Source: Bugula neritina
Taxonomy: Eukaryota; Animalia; Bryozoa
Length of the DNA: 64,000 nucleotides
Direction: 5' to 3'
Assembly: GCA_964035545.1 (NCBI GenBank)
Contig: OZ037771.1
Span: 7,225,190-7,289,189, forward strand
This document shows positions 1 to 14,500 of the stretch, one piece after another. Position numbers and translations under genes: made by a program. Under the pieces are notes generated by a model, which saw nothing but the letters and a program-made list of their open reading frames with translations, made no database searches and was not told where the DNA came from. Position 1 is the first letter of the stretch. Each line of letters opens with the position of its first letter.

Positions 1-192
1 ACTAAAATGAAAAATCCACTCCAAACTTATTGCACACAAAATTTGCTTGAATTATATTTACATATTTGCAGTGAACAATTTTAACAACTAACCACAAAAA
101 TAAATCTTTTTAGATTGCATGGCTTTATTCACAATTGACTTAAAAACATTTTGAATAATCTGTTACGTAAAGTATTTCTATGTTTTTTCTAG

Positions 193-3100
193 ACCCATCT
201 AGACTTACTGACTTTCAAGTCACTGCTTCACCAGTTTTGAATACCAAGTTTATCAGAAGTGTTGACTTTCTGGCTGAGGTGTACTGGCATGAAGCCAAAG
301 GGAATATTAATAAGATCATACTTGCTGCGTACATTGTGGAAGAAAACCGCACACCACTAATTATTCAGCTTCCTAGTGACAGAGGTATACTTTTCTATAC
401 AAAATTGAATATATAGTAGAAAATAATCAGTAATTGTAGCTTATGAAATTTTTTGTTTTATGAAGTAAGAAAATATGCTTCTATAATACTTTAATAAAAA
501 TACATAGCATAGTGTACTGGAAACAATATTAGATTTTAAAAGAAAGTTTTTGGTTTTACATGAATGAGTCTTACAGTATACTTAATATTGTCAAGTTTGG
601 TTAAAATATGCCCGGTTTTTTAGTTTAGGTGTTTAAATAATTATTATAGTATGTATGTTTTCTCAAAGCAATCACGAAACTGTAAATAATTGGTGACAAG
701 ATCTAATTAAAACTGTACTTTTATATTCAATAACAAAGAACATAATAATTCAATTCATAGTTTGAATAGAATAATACTTTTTATGTCTTATTAAAAGAGT
801 TTAAAGCTGACCTGATATATGTTTCTGTTAGTCGACGAAAGTACTACATCCAGTAGTCACAGAATCACACTACCTGATGGACATCCTATTCCTGGTGCTA
901 CCTACAAGTTCAGTGCTACAGCAGTTGGAGCCAATAATCTAATAGCACCTCCGACTACGGTCACCATAGAGCTTCGTACGTGCTCAGCTTATCACTCACA
1001 AATTTACGCAGTTTCTCAGGAATCATAGCGTCACATAGAGTTCTCTTCGACAAATTAATTAACACTGTTGTATTTTAATAACATAACAATCCCACTCAGG
1101 TTTAATATCACTATCCTTGTGAGAAAGTCTTGAAAGAAAGCGGTTGTTTGAAAGCAGGCTCAGCACTTACTCACATGTGTCACAGGTTAGAGCAGTTATG
1201 ACCAGATGCTTGTAACAAAAAAATTAGGTTTACGGAAAAGATAATTTAACATTATAGATAAATTGCTTTAAAAAAGCAGCCGTGGTTTAAGGGTTAGAGT
1301 GTTTGCTTAGTGAACAAGAAGCCATGGGTTTGAGCCTGGACATTAAGGCCATTGGTGATGTTACGAAGAGCATCCTTTCATAATTGCTCATGTGCCTCAT
1401 CTGAACAAGTCCTTAGCTCACTTTAACAAAAACCTTTTTCATCAGGGGTTTCTCACAAGAAATGACAACTATAAACTTGTGTGAGTGCGTGGGTGAGAGT
1501 AAGTTGCTTTAAAAAAATATTTGATGCAATCATTTACAAACAATATATGAAACAACAAAAAGTTTTTTTATTTAGTTCCCATTACTTCCTTATTTACTTA
1601 TGTTTCATGAAAGAACATTGATGACATTATTTTATAAAAACAACATAATTTTAAACTATAAATTTTGCAGCTCCTACGCCACCAATAAACTTTGTGCTAA
1701 AATCAGACCCAAAAATATTGAACAAAACGTTTAGTTGGTCATATGATGAGGATAGTAGACAAGATGCCGTGGTTGTACGGATATGTGTCAATAATGAAAC
1801 TAAGACATGTGTGTTTGAGAAGAGATTGTTTAGTCAGGGGCCACCAACTGAGATTACCATAGTACCACTGTTTGGAAACAGAGAGTACGTGGCATATGCT
1901 ATCGCTCAGTCAAATGGGATTAACAGTTCTCCAAGTACAGCTATAACGTTTAAAGTTGGTAAGTTATAAACTTGTGACAGAATGTTCATTATATTATTAC
2001 AGAGTATATTATGTTTATGGTAATTATTTCTGAGAATGAGTAGTATTTCATTCTTTCAAAATGGAGCAGAGAGCAAAAAACTAAACTTCTAAGAATTATG
2101 AGTAAATAACAAGAAACAGGAAGATGCACCAAAACAAGGATTAATTTCTTAATAAAGTAGATACACAACTCCAAATTATAAACATATTCAAAACTACATG
2201 AAACTACTATATCAAAGCAAATAAATCAATTTCTTGAAATGAAATATACTATAGAGCTATTTGGAACCCAAGATAGACAGCTAGTATAGGATACTGTCTA
2301 AGATTGTAGATTTAATATTTTATAAAATCTTTGACTCAATTGCGTCTTAAATTTGCTCAGAATTATGAATTGATGTTGACATTTTAGATTTTAAAAAACC
2401 TTGCTCATTCAAAATTTAATTTATTTATGTAACATGATGATAGTTTTAGCAATAAACTGACAATAGAATATGGGATTAAAAAAGTAGACAGAGGTTTATA
2501 TGTAAAAACTGCTCATTGTCTTACAGAAACATTATATCATTTCAACACATGACTGTATATACAGTAATAATGATTATAGGAACAAGCTAAAATACTCCTT
2601 TAATTTGGTGCAAATTGTTGAGGCTATATGTTTAGGTCATCAAGCGCAGTTATTTTGAAAGAAAAAAAATATCTTATAGAATATCTATAATTAAAAATGG
2701 AAAAATAAATTGCAAAAAGTTTTGAAATTTATGTTAATCAAAGCAAACTTGACATAATATAATTTTTATATTTTCAGAGCAATTATGTGCTCACCCCCCA
2801 AATCTAAATGGGAAAATACTAGACCATGATGGCTATACAAAAAGATTCTTCCCACCAAGCAACAAATATAATGTCATATGTGATGAAAACTTCGAGTTGA
2901 CATTGCTAGACATTTCAGAAGCAGATGCTTTGTGGGAATGTACTGCAGAGGGAGAATGGAAGTCAAAATCTGCCTGCATTGGTGAGTCTTCAGCAATGGC
3001 AACTTTACATTCGACAAAATACAGAACACTTAGCCTAAATTAACTATTATATTTGCGATATCTTCAACACAAAGTTCTTAACTTACAGTGTTTGGTTGAA

Positions 3101-4318
3101 GTTGATAACATAATATTGTTTGGTTAAGTTTTACTTTAAAATAACTGCTTACAAAAAAACTCAAAAGCTAGCAATTTTTATACAAATTACCAAAGTTTTG
3201 TCAAGTTCTTTTATCTTTTTTGCTTCTGAAAAAGGAAATTTTTAAACTTAAGAATTCTGATTTATAAAAGCTAATGTTAAGATAAGAATTCATCTAAAAA
3301 AAATTTCATATATCAGGATTTAACATCAACATGTTTGTAGAAGAAAAAAAAGAAGTGATTGTCAATCAATCAATATACTCACTTTTTTGCTGAAGTAATT
3401 TTAGTTTTACTGATAGAGAGCAAAAAAATGTTTTTTTAAGAAAAAACACTTTATATTCCATAAAACAAATTAATTATATATATAAACATAGTGCAACAAA
3501 ATTTAAAAAAAGTTCATGATTAATTAGGAGTAAAATTTGTAAATTGTTTTGTTTGTGCATGTTTCAATAGAGTAAAAGAAATAATAAATATAAAATAAAA
3601 ATATAATTTTATTAGCATTATCATGATGAAAAATGACCTGAACTATTATATTATACCAATAGCAACTATTTTTAGATCCGACAAACAACTCAGACAAGGT
3701 TTCAAATAGATCCGTGTTGATTATATTTGGAGGTGTAACAGGGTCTCTAATTGCACTCTGTGCCATGATGTATGGAGTTTACATGTAAGAATTTGGTCAT
3801 CTTTCCAAAATCGACAAGCAAATTTATTAATACTGACAGATTTTTTCAAAATTAATTATGTCGTAATTTTTGAAAAAATATTTTTTTTAATTCTCTATTT
3901 TGAAATAGGTTTGGTATAGCAGGTTTGATGAATTTGTATTGCTATCATTCTCTTGAAAGAAGCTATATTTTTAAAAACATGCAAAACACAGTAGCTATAA
4001 TTTTTTCAACTAAGGCACAGTAGTACCAACTTCTGAATTCAAAGTTTTAGGTCAATAATATGTTTACAGTACAATCCATGTTTTAGTTTAAACCACAGTG
4101 TGAAAAAGAAAATTGCGGTTGCCGAACAGTGGGCGGATGTAGCTAGAGAGCAAGCTAAATTGGCAAGTTTCCTGTCCTCTCAGCAAGAACTTTACATGTC
4201 TCAAGTTTTTAGCAGGTTCTCTGTTGGTCAAAATATAATCTCTCCAGAGAATACCCATGTAGTTGAAGAACCAGTAAAAGAGCCAACCATCCATGAAGGC
4301 AGCTATGAGGGACAATAA
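193..4318 (+). CDS. Gene A (5'-partial): FN3-like + CCP + TM + cytoplasmic-tail membrane protein
   Basis: GT-AG exons that join in frame: 193-384, 832-975, 1671-1958 (FN3-like), 2778-2981 (CCP), 3676-3784 (TM, VLIIFGGVTGSLIALCAMMYGVY), 4087-4318 (tail of about 77 aa, stop). Exons are homologous to those of genes B and E. Confidence 0.8.
1276..1503 (+). mobile_element. tRNA-derived SINE with 13-bp TSD
   Basis: A-box-like CCGTGGTTTAAGGG and B-box-like GGGTTTGAGCC, a GAGT/GTG-rich tail, and a TTGCTTTAAAAAA direct repeat at 1263-1275 and 1504-1516. Related sequence at about 9062-9185 and about 22420-22600. Confidence 0.7.
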
Positions 4319-5548
4319 ACATGTCATCTAAATTAATAAAATTGAACTAATTGAAGTCTACTGATAAAAATAATTCTATATTTCATTTCTTGTCTTCTTT
4401 TAAACTTTATTGTAGTATACAGATGCGTAGCTCCTATAGAAAATTATAGTATCTATAAAAAGCATTAAACTTTTTTATATAATAAGCAAAATTTATATAT
4501 TGAGTTAGCATGTCCTATTATTTATAAAACAAATTTTAATACAGCATTTAAAACTTAAGAACTTTTTATTTATTTAATCAAAACTTATAAAATTGAGTAA
4601 TTTAGTGCATTTAACATACAACAATTACAAAAGACGCCATATGTTTCGTATTAAACATGTGCACTATTATCTGCGTTTTAGCTCAAATGTTTCTAACATT
4701 AAAAGCAACCTAAGAAGATCTTTTTAAAAGTTAATGGTACCAAAAAGAAGAACTAATATTTTTATGGTTTGAATAGGTAAATGAAATGAACTATACATTG
4801 ATTAAACAATATAACCTAAAACCGATTATCTATATTTAAAACTGACAATCGTGCTATATACAGACCAACCTTCATGCATTAATTATAATGTGACATTTTT
4901 TTCACTATTTTAGCAATGAAAATTTTAATAATAAAATTAAATATATTGTTCTTTGCGATTTTATAAATTTTATTCCCCACATCAATGTTGTTGTCATCAT
5001 GTAGCTTTCAGACTAACTGTATAAATTTCTATTAGCTCGAGTACTACACAATATTATCTATAATTCACCTAAGCTATAATCTACTAATACAAAAATTAAA
5101 ATGTTGCTTTCCAAGTCACTAAGAATAAGCAAGGTGCCAATTTCAACTATTTCAAATAACGAAATGAAGTTGCAAAACCAGCAAATCTAAATATTACATG
5201 CAGATTAAAAAATTATTTTTAGATTAGGCTTCATGTTTCACGTTGAAAAGCAGGTTACAATTTTTAAAATTTTAGCTGTGGTGTAGTATAAAATGATTCT
5301 CAAAGCACCAGTAATTGAAAATTTTTAAAAACACTGTTTTAACTATATTATACAAAAATAATAGCTGGTAAACATTTATTAAGAAGAGCTTTTAATCACA
5401 TCAAACATTTTAGGCTGATTGCAAAGTTATTTAAACAATCAATACTGATACAAATATAAATTGTCATGTATATTGTTGGACTTTTAAGTCAGATATAAAG
5501 TTATAGAATTTACACTAGTGGTTGAATTTAATTTTAAAAAATTACAAG

Positions 5549-8500
5549 ATGCACATTCACTTCTTTGGATGTTTGCTGTTTGTAAAGCTATTGACAAAAT
5601 CCAATGGACAGCGTACAGGTATATTATATAGTATGACAGTCAACATGCTCAAAATAATGTCTTTATGCAATGCATGGGCAGCACGTATTAATAATTTTAA
5701 TAAGTGCAACTAGTGAGCCTCTGAGTTGTTTAAGTGCACAACTTTGATTTTGGTATTTGAGTTTAAAGTTTTATTTCTGTATTTGTACACATAAACCAAA
5801 TCCTATGTTACAGAGCATTACTGTAACAAATGCTACTTGAGGCCAATGACTTTGTGTGCACACTAGTTAAATATGCATGTGCTTTAGAATTTATTTTGAC
5901 TTCTTTGTTTAAATAAAAGTTAAGACGCAAGTTTTATGAAAAACTTGTCAAAAAAAGTGAAAGGTTATTTTAATCTTCTGGCACCTCTAAAGTCTAACTC
6001 AAGCTATTATAGGTAGAAAATGAAAAGTACTTCATGTTGCCAAATTATTTTTCATAACGATCTGCTTTCGATAATAATGATAATTTATATTAAAGACACT
6101 GTAAAGCTTTATAATAGCAGCGTGTGCTTGAAATTTCTAATTTTTATATAGCTATTTGATAGTTTCTAGTTACTGCACATCAATTTAATAATTAATTTTT
6201 AAAGCATAAAAAGTGTCTGAGTTGTAAGTTTTGCATTAACTTTATTTCAAAAGATTGCCTAATAATTTTACCACCATCAAATAACTGATTCTAACATGAG
6301 GCTTTTTCAAGTGGTTTATGCACTTCTTTCTACATATTGCAGTTGTGGTTAAAACCTAATGATTATCTGTAACATCAGTATTTTCTCTAAAGGTGATTTT
6401 AAGCATTTTCTGCCACTTGGTTCGTTTTTGTTAATCTATTATATACTGTAATTATTAGAGTTATGTGATAATCACTATGTTTCATAAAGACATGTGTCTG
6501 CCACTTGGTCTGGTGACTGATGGAAGTCTATCGTATGACTGCACGTACGAATGGCAACTCCCTAATACCATCTGCCAAGTAACCTGCAACAATGGAACAT
6601 TCCTGTCTATGCCTGGTTCCAGCTATAAATGTGGAGCAACTGGAACCTGGTCACCTGCATATGGATCTCTCACCTGCCAAAGTATTTAATTTTAATTAAT
6701 ATTTCAGTTGTGGAAATCTAAAGATATTTCTATAATATTAGTTTTCATGACCAAAGGTTTTAGGTAGACCTTAATTTAGGGTTTTAAACACATAGTATAA
6801 AAATGGCCTCAGACATGCAATGCTACTTTTAAAAATATAAATTATAAGTTGACATATAAGCACTATACGTATTACGTACATGTATGCTTTTAACGTATAT
6901 TGCAGCTAAGTTCACAATATGGCTAACTAGCTGTTTCATATACATATTTGCATGGCTAGTGTTGTATATATGGATGTAAATTAGAAATGCAATTGTTGAA
7001 TCCACATAAGCAATAAATTAGAGGAATTTCAGTCATTGCTGCAGAGCTTAAATATTATTCATGTAACTATATTTGTTACAACTGTACTAGCTTTGTTGCT
7101 GCGACCTTAACTATGTGTAGCACATATAATATAATTTCATATAATGCAAATTCATACCTTTTAAATAAAGCATATTTGTAGCAGTAAAAAAATTTATATA
7201 AAATGTTTATTATTATGAAACACATTTTAATATTTTTCTGCTGCAAGAGTCTACAATCTGTAATTTTTCAACATAATATGTGTTTTAATAATATTTTTTT
7301 ATATAACCTAATGAACTCTCTTTGTTTTGTTTACCTGTGCTTTTTCTAGAAAGATGCAGCCCCATTGGTAACTTAAAGCTGGCTACTATTTCGAGTACAT
7401 GCCAGCATAACCAACAGGTCGTAGGTACTGCCTGCGAAATAAGCTGCCAATGGAGTGCTGCTGTACACGGACCTGGCTCTACATATGTGTGTGGAAGTTC
7501 AGGAAACTGGATTCCACCTATCGGCTCCATAACTTGCAAAAGTAAAAACAATTTTACTCCAATTTTTTTTACGGGAGGTATTTTTATAGAGTTTTGCTCA
7601 AGCAAGTAATGGAAATAAGGCATTATAAATTTGCATAGCTTGTCATTAGGTATATATGTATACAAAATTACTAAATCTGCATTGGTTTTGTAAGAGCAAA
7701 GTTTGGCAACAGCTAGTGTCTGATTGATTTTAAAAAAACTTAGGAAAAAAGTGTGTTGGTAAAATTCCTATTATATAATTTATACATACTTTTCCTTTAA
7801 GAACTACAGCATAAAAACTTGATGGAATGATATGTGATCTGTTGAAAAAATAAGGTAAAGATGTGAAAATATGTTTTAGGACAATGCCAACCGCTCAAAA
7901 CTTTGTATCATGGAGGTATATCTTTCGACTGCGCTTACTCCTGGAGAAGTTTTGGAGACATTTGTCAAATAACTTGTAATGCTGACACACAGTTAATAGG
8001 ACCAGATTCCAAATACACATGTTCTGATAATGGGTATTGGTCTCCTCCTTCTGGATCTATAGACTGCGTTCGTAAGAATTTTTGTACTAAAGTTGCCTAT
8101 TTGAAATACTATTCTGTGAAATTAGTCAAATAGTCAAGTTAGTTAACTTTATTGATTTCTTATAAACTTTGTAAAATCAAAAATATTATACTCAAAAGGC
8201 ATTATAAAAGCATATTAAGAATAATTGCAGCCGTGGTCTAAAGCAGGGCTGTCTAACAGGCGGCCCACTTATTTGGTCCTCAAAAGCAAAAAACATAAAA
8301 TTATTTTTACACTGTATAAGAATTAGCGTAGAAAACGTCACTTGTCAGATGTTTTTTTCATAAATGCTCATAGAATGAAGCAACTATTAAGACTTTATTG
8401 CGTAATGAATCATAGGAATTCGGAATGAAATTATTTGTAAAATACTGATGCCGTGGCTCTCCAACCCCAGCTAAATTTTACAATGTGGCCCTTGCCAAGA

Positions 8501-11500
8501 TTCTATTTCAGTGGCTCTCGTTTAAAAATGGTTGAAAACTTCTAGACTATGGGTTACATGCTTATTAAACATGTGGAGTTATGTGTTCTAATCTCAACAA
8601 AAGCCGCTGGTAATGTTAAGTTGCATTACCGAGTTTCAGTTATAATAACACTCGTCCACGTACCCCTTTATGGTCTTACTATAAACATCGATGAAATGGT
8701 ATCGATGAGAAAACCTATTTTTAAGAGTGAAATCTGACTCTCACAATTGCTATCTGATGTTCTTTGAATGGATTGTTAATTTCTGAAGTTGACATCATAT
8801 AAGAGCAATAATTAAGAAAGCGTAGCCAAAATATTTATCAACATAATTATTATAAATACGTCATCTAATTGTCAAAGTCATAGGTAAATGCCAATATTTA
8901 AAAGGAGTCAATATTCTTTTTGCTTATTATTCTGAAGTCGGCCGACTAAGTAATCACAGTACAAAATATTTCACGGGTGGCTTTTACAATGCAATGCCTA
9001 ACTTGGTGAAATTTAGACTGAACAAAATTAAATTTCTGACTGAAAATTGTGAATGTATAAATGCAACATTAGGAAGAGCATTTAGTCATAATTGCTCCTG
9101 TGCCCCATCCAAATATGCCCATTAGCCCGATTTAACAAAAATACCTTTCCATTAGGGGTTTATCACAAAAATGGTGACTATAAACATAATTTTAAAATTG
9201 GGGTTAGGAATTAGTAATGCTTGCAAATTGTAGATATTGTTTGTAATACCAACAAGGACCATATAGATGCTTTTTTGGCCATTTATTGGTATATTACTGC
9301 AATTAACTTCTATTGATTGTCAAAGTACTCAAACTCTAAAGAGCTCGAACCAGTCAGTCTTATTTATAATATTTTTCAAAGTATTGGTTTAGCTGACATC
9401 TCAATTTGTGATAAAAAAATTTGAAATATTATAATAAAAAATGTATAAATATATAACTTACTACAGATGAAAAGTAGATAACTTGCAAAAGCTGACTGAA
9501 CTCGTGCTGGAAAAAATTATAAAATATTATGAGTTGTCGAAGTAATAATTTCTTTCATAATTGAAAGTTATTTTACCTACATATGTATAATGATTATTCA
9601 TTTTAGGCAAATGCCCACCGGTGGAATATGTATATGGCGGTTACATTTCTGTCAGCTGTTCAAATGAGTTGCAAAATGTTGGGAATACCTGTAAGGTGAA
9701 CTGTTATCTGGACTTTGCGTTGACTGGTCCAAATTCTACTTATGTGTGTGATCGTTCAGGAAACTGGCAACCATCTTTAGGTTCTATAACTTGCAAACGT
9801 GAGTCTTGCAGTCAAGTTGCTCAATTTAAAAAAAATGTGCTGAATTTTTAGTAACTATTCTTTCAACTAATTTTGCATTTGTTTAACAATATTTTGTAAC
9901 TGTAGCTGTTTGCAGAACAGTTATTGCTGATGCTTAAAAAGCTACTTAAGCTAGGGCACTAATGCCTATGTGCGTCTATAATAATTTATCTATACATTTC
10001 AATAGCATGCACAATCTAATTACTATAGTTATATTAAATCATACTAATTATTTATTTATACAAGTTTCTGCCCATTAATATATGCCTAATTTTAAATAAA
10101 ACTTAAATATTTTTCTTAGCTAGAAATATTTAGCTAATTTCAGCCCATAATTATTGCAATTTCTTTTTACAAAAAAACATTTATATGATCAAATAACTGA
10201 AATAATATATTATAGTACATTAATTGTTTGTGTTATGCAAGACTGCAGGAAAACATCTGTTGCCATTTTGAAACAGTTTTTATACTGAAAAGTATATCAT
10301 AATTAACCGGCTATTAGTAGTATTTCTAAAAAAAGTTTCATACTTCAGCTGCAATGTGTCAACCAATCAAGTCAATGGGAATTGAAAGATTCTACAATGA
10401 TGATTGTGCAACCAATCCTCAGAGATTTCGAACCGTATGTAAGGTTCGTTGTCCAATAGGATATGAGCCTGAAGGGTATGACAGCAGTTATAGATGCCAA
10501 GCAGATGAAAGCTGGAACCCTTCACCTAACAGCATTAATTGTGTAATTCAAGGTTTTTTCCCTAAAATTTATTGCAGTGGTTATTTATTTTGTTACATCA
10601 AACTTTGCCACAGTTATTTGTGAAATTCTAGAAGTAATTTGATAACCATAAGCTTAGTTTTATTTTTTTTTGCTAATTAGTCTTTTATTAATTAAAAAAA
10701 ATGATTGTAAGAGGCATGACTTTTAAACTAATTTTTCAAGAAATAATATGATTGATATGCTGCCCATAGCTGTCTAATTTAATCAAATCATTTAGACTAA
10801 TATAAAAGTTGAAATAGTTCAGAAATTCTCCAGACGTTTCCAGCACATTCTAGAACATGAAACAACTAAAATAATGACTCTCATATTTTGTGAAAATTTT
10901 ATACTTATATTAGAAGATTCTCTTCAGTGTTTGCAAACATTTTCCATATAAAAATTACTTTAAAGCAAAACAAATAATCTTTAAAATTAATTTCATGGAG
11001 AAATTATTTCAATCTATTAAATTAGTGCAATGGTTTTTATTTTGTTAGGTGGGAAATTTGCTTCAGTGTTTCTATATAGCAGGGTTTAGGTAATTGTAAT
11101 TTGTGATTGTAATTGGTTATAATTAATTGAATTTTTTTAAGTAATTGAATGTAATTTGTAATTGATGTTTAAAAATATAATTGTATTTGTAATTAATTAC
11201 ATATCTAATGTAATTGATTTTTACAATTATTGTATACTTACATGTCAATTACTTCAAACTTTCAAATTCTACCAATTTCATACTTTCCTTACTATATATG
11301 CCTACTGCTCACTATAACAAGTTCAGGTTAATTCAATGTAGTATAGTATTACTGCTGAGAACAAAGGAGATTCATCACTGCCAAAATTGCCTCTGGTAGT
11401 TGAACCCTAGAAGTGAGATTGCATAACTTCTATTTATTCTGTATGAGAACAAAAGTAATTGTAATTGTAATTATAATTACATTACCACATAATTGGAAGT

Positions 11501-14500
11501 GTTTTTATTTACATAATTTTTAACTGTAATTATAATTGTAATTGACAAATATTCTTGTAATTGTAATTGTAATTAATTACATTCACCTGTAATTGACTCC
11601 AACCCTGCTATATAGCCAACATGCTAGTAAACGAATGTACGTTGTTTGTACAAATTGCTCATTACTTACCATGTTTTTAATTTCTCTTAGATAAAAGATG
11701 TGCACCTTTAGACCCTGTAGAAAATGGAAACTTTATTGATGAGAGATGTACACGCCTAAACACAAGCGCTAACGGTATATGCACCGTCACATGTTCATCA
11801 CACTACCTGCTTACCAATATAGATGGCTACTACAGGTGTGACTTGGGGAGAAGATGGATCCCTCCTGCAAATAGCATTACCTGTAAAAGTAAGTTAAATT
11901 ATTTGAATATTGATTCACATAATTTTCAATCTAATTTGATATCTATAAATGGTTCTTTTATAAAACCATGTTCTTACAAGAAGATATACAAAACTATAGC
12001 TTGTGTTTAATCATCAATTCTTAAGTGACGGATCTAAAGCAGTCATATATGTAAGCTATGTTATAAGATAATGCCACATTTTTAAACCCTTCTCAATCCA
12101 AAGGTTGTTTTATAAAACCTTCTTTGAACATAAAATATGTATTCAAAAATATTATTTTAAAATAAGCAAAACTTATTTTGAGTATAGGAGTAGTTTTCCA
12201 ATTTTGCAAAAACTGCTACTTTTTAGATGAAATGTGTGCAAAACAGTTAGTTACATGATATTATAAAAAATGATAAAATTACATCATCAAAACAATTGAC
12301 TCTTTTTTAACTAATTATGCATCATTTAGAGTTAAAATGTCAGCTCATCAAAATTTAATAATAATTGGAGACAAAAACTGAAACCCTAAGATAATGCTTA
12401 ACTCAATTGACAGTGATTTTGCCCTTTATGGTTGCGTGGTTTCCTTTAGTTATTTTTGTTTTATAACATACTTAAAATTAGCGCATCAAATTATTTTGAA
12501 TAATAAATTATGAGTATATTATGGATTTTGAACCAAATTTAATTTTTGGCTATATAAAGTTGCTGATGCGTACTAGATATAGTAAAATTGCCCATATATT
12601 GACAAATAAGTATATTTATGTCATACTAGCTGTTACTGAGTAGATAGTGAATGGTAAATTACATATATCTTTGTTTATAGTTAAATAAGAAGCATTTACT
12701 TGATAATAACTGACAAAAAAAGTTAAAAGGTCTCTCTATATGATTTTACGCCTTTAACATTTTTATTGGATTTGACTTGAGAAGTTTTAGCATGCTGCAA
12801 CAAAATGATGTTTATAATCAATTTTATTCTTTGAAGCTGAGCATTCCTAAGAACACAGATTCAAATTGCTTTTCTTTTTTGCCATTTGAATGCAACCTTT
12901 TCAACTGAAGAACCCTGAAAAAATACATTTTATAGGAAAGCTTTGGTAGACTTGCTGCAAGCATTTGTATAAATATATAAGAGCTGAAGCGCAAATAAAC
13001 AAATGCTAAAAATATCCGTTGTTTTGAAATTTCTAGATATTATAATTTTGCAGGAGCATGCTCACCCATCCCATTCATAGTTGAAGGCACTCTGAGCGGA
13101 GACTGCATGACTAATAAACAACGCCCAGGCAGCATCTGCCAAATATCTTGTAACCCTGAAACTAAGAAAGCTAGACCTGGTGTTAATTATGTCTGCAATG
13201 CATATGGTTTATGGGAACCTGCACCCGGAAGACTCTACTGTGAACGTAAGAAATGCGTGTGCGTGTGTGCGTGTGTGTGTGTGTGTGCGCGTGTGTGTGT
13301 GCGTGCGTGTGTGCGCGTGTGCGTGCGTGTGTGTGCGTGTGTGTGTTTGAGCAAGTCGAAGTAGAATAATTGTAGCTCAACAGCTCAACATTCATGTAAA
13401 AATAAAACTGTGTTTTCCTGTATTACAAATACACTATAGAACTGGATTAGACTATTGGTGTAATAAAACTCTCATCTTTTGTAACAAATCATAGTTTAAA
13501 TAATCAAAAAATTGTTTCAGTAATGCAAAAGAGACTTGAAATCTTTGTGTAGGAATCCAATGCCCTGCCCTACGGAGACTAGAGAATGGGTACTTTAGTA
13601 ATGGTGGCTGTATCACAAGGCCCAGTTCAATAAATACTACATGTTTAGCATCCTGCTCTGACGGGTATGAAAACATACAACAGTATAACAAGTACAGCTG
13701 TGGAGCACAGGGAAAGTGGTCACCTGATGCAGACACTATTTTATGTTCACGTGAGTCACGGTTTTAGTACTTATGATTTATTAGACAATACACTGAGAGA
13801 ATTCATCAGAACAATATGAACATAATTATTACTAGCAGCTGTAGTTGCTTTGCAATAAAAATGGAACATGCATGAGAAGCACATTTAAAATGATTGGAAT
13901 ACATAGTTTTATTTTTCACCTATCGATTATGTCTCTTAACGAAACATATTCATTACTAAAACAGTAATTGTAAAAGTAAACAAATTATTATATTATACAA
14001 TATATTATATATTGTTACCATAATTGCTAGCTAGTTTTAGATTAAACCTGATTTTCATGCATAAAATGTTTTTAATGTTTTGTTTTCTCTTATTTCAGAA
14101 AATATTTGTACCAATACTCTGTTACCTATAGAAAAATTTCATCTTTGATATCTCATAACTAATATTAAATATAGTGCCACACTTATATTATCTTATTTTA
14201 AATTTAGGCGTTAAGTGCCCGCCATTACCTTCTTTGAGGAATGGTGTATATAACAACGAGAAATGCAATAGTCCGTCATTGATGAGCAGATTTAAAGATG
14301 TATGTAGTGTGGTTTGTGATCAAGGATATGACAAAGTTGAAGAAAATTTAAAATGGGTATGCTTAGCAAACCAAACCTGGTCCAACAGCGACAAAAAAGG
14401 ATTGTGCAAAAGTAAGAAAAGTTATTTTCTAAAAATATTTGATTATTTATATGTAAATACATCTTCAGCACATAAATCTTTAAAACAATTTACATTATTT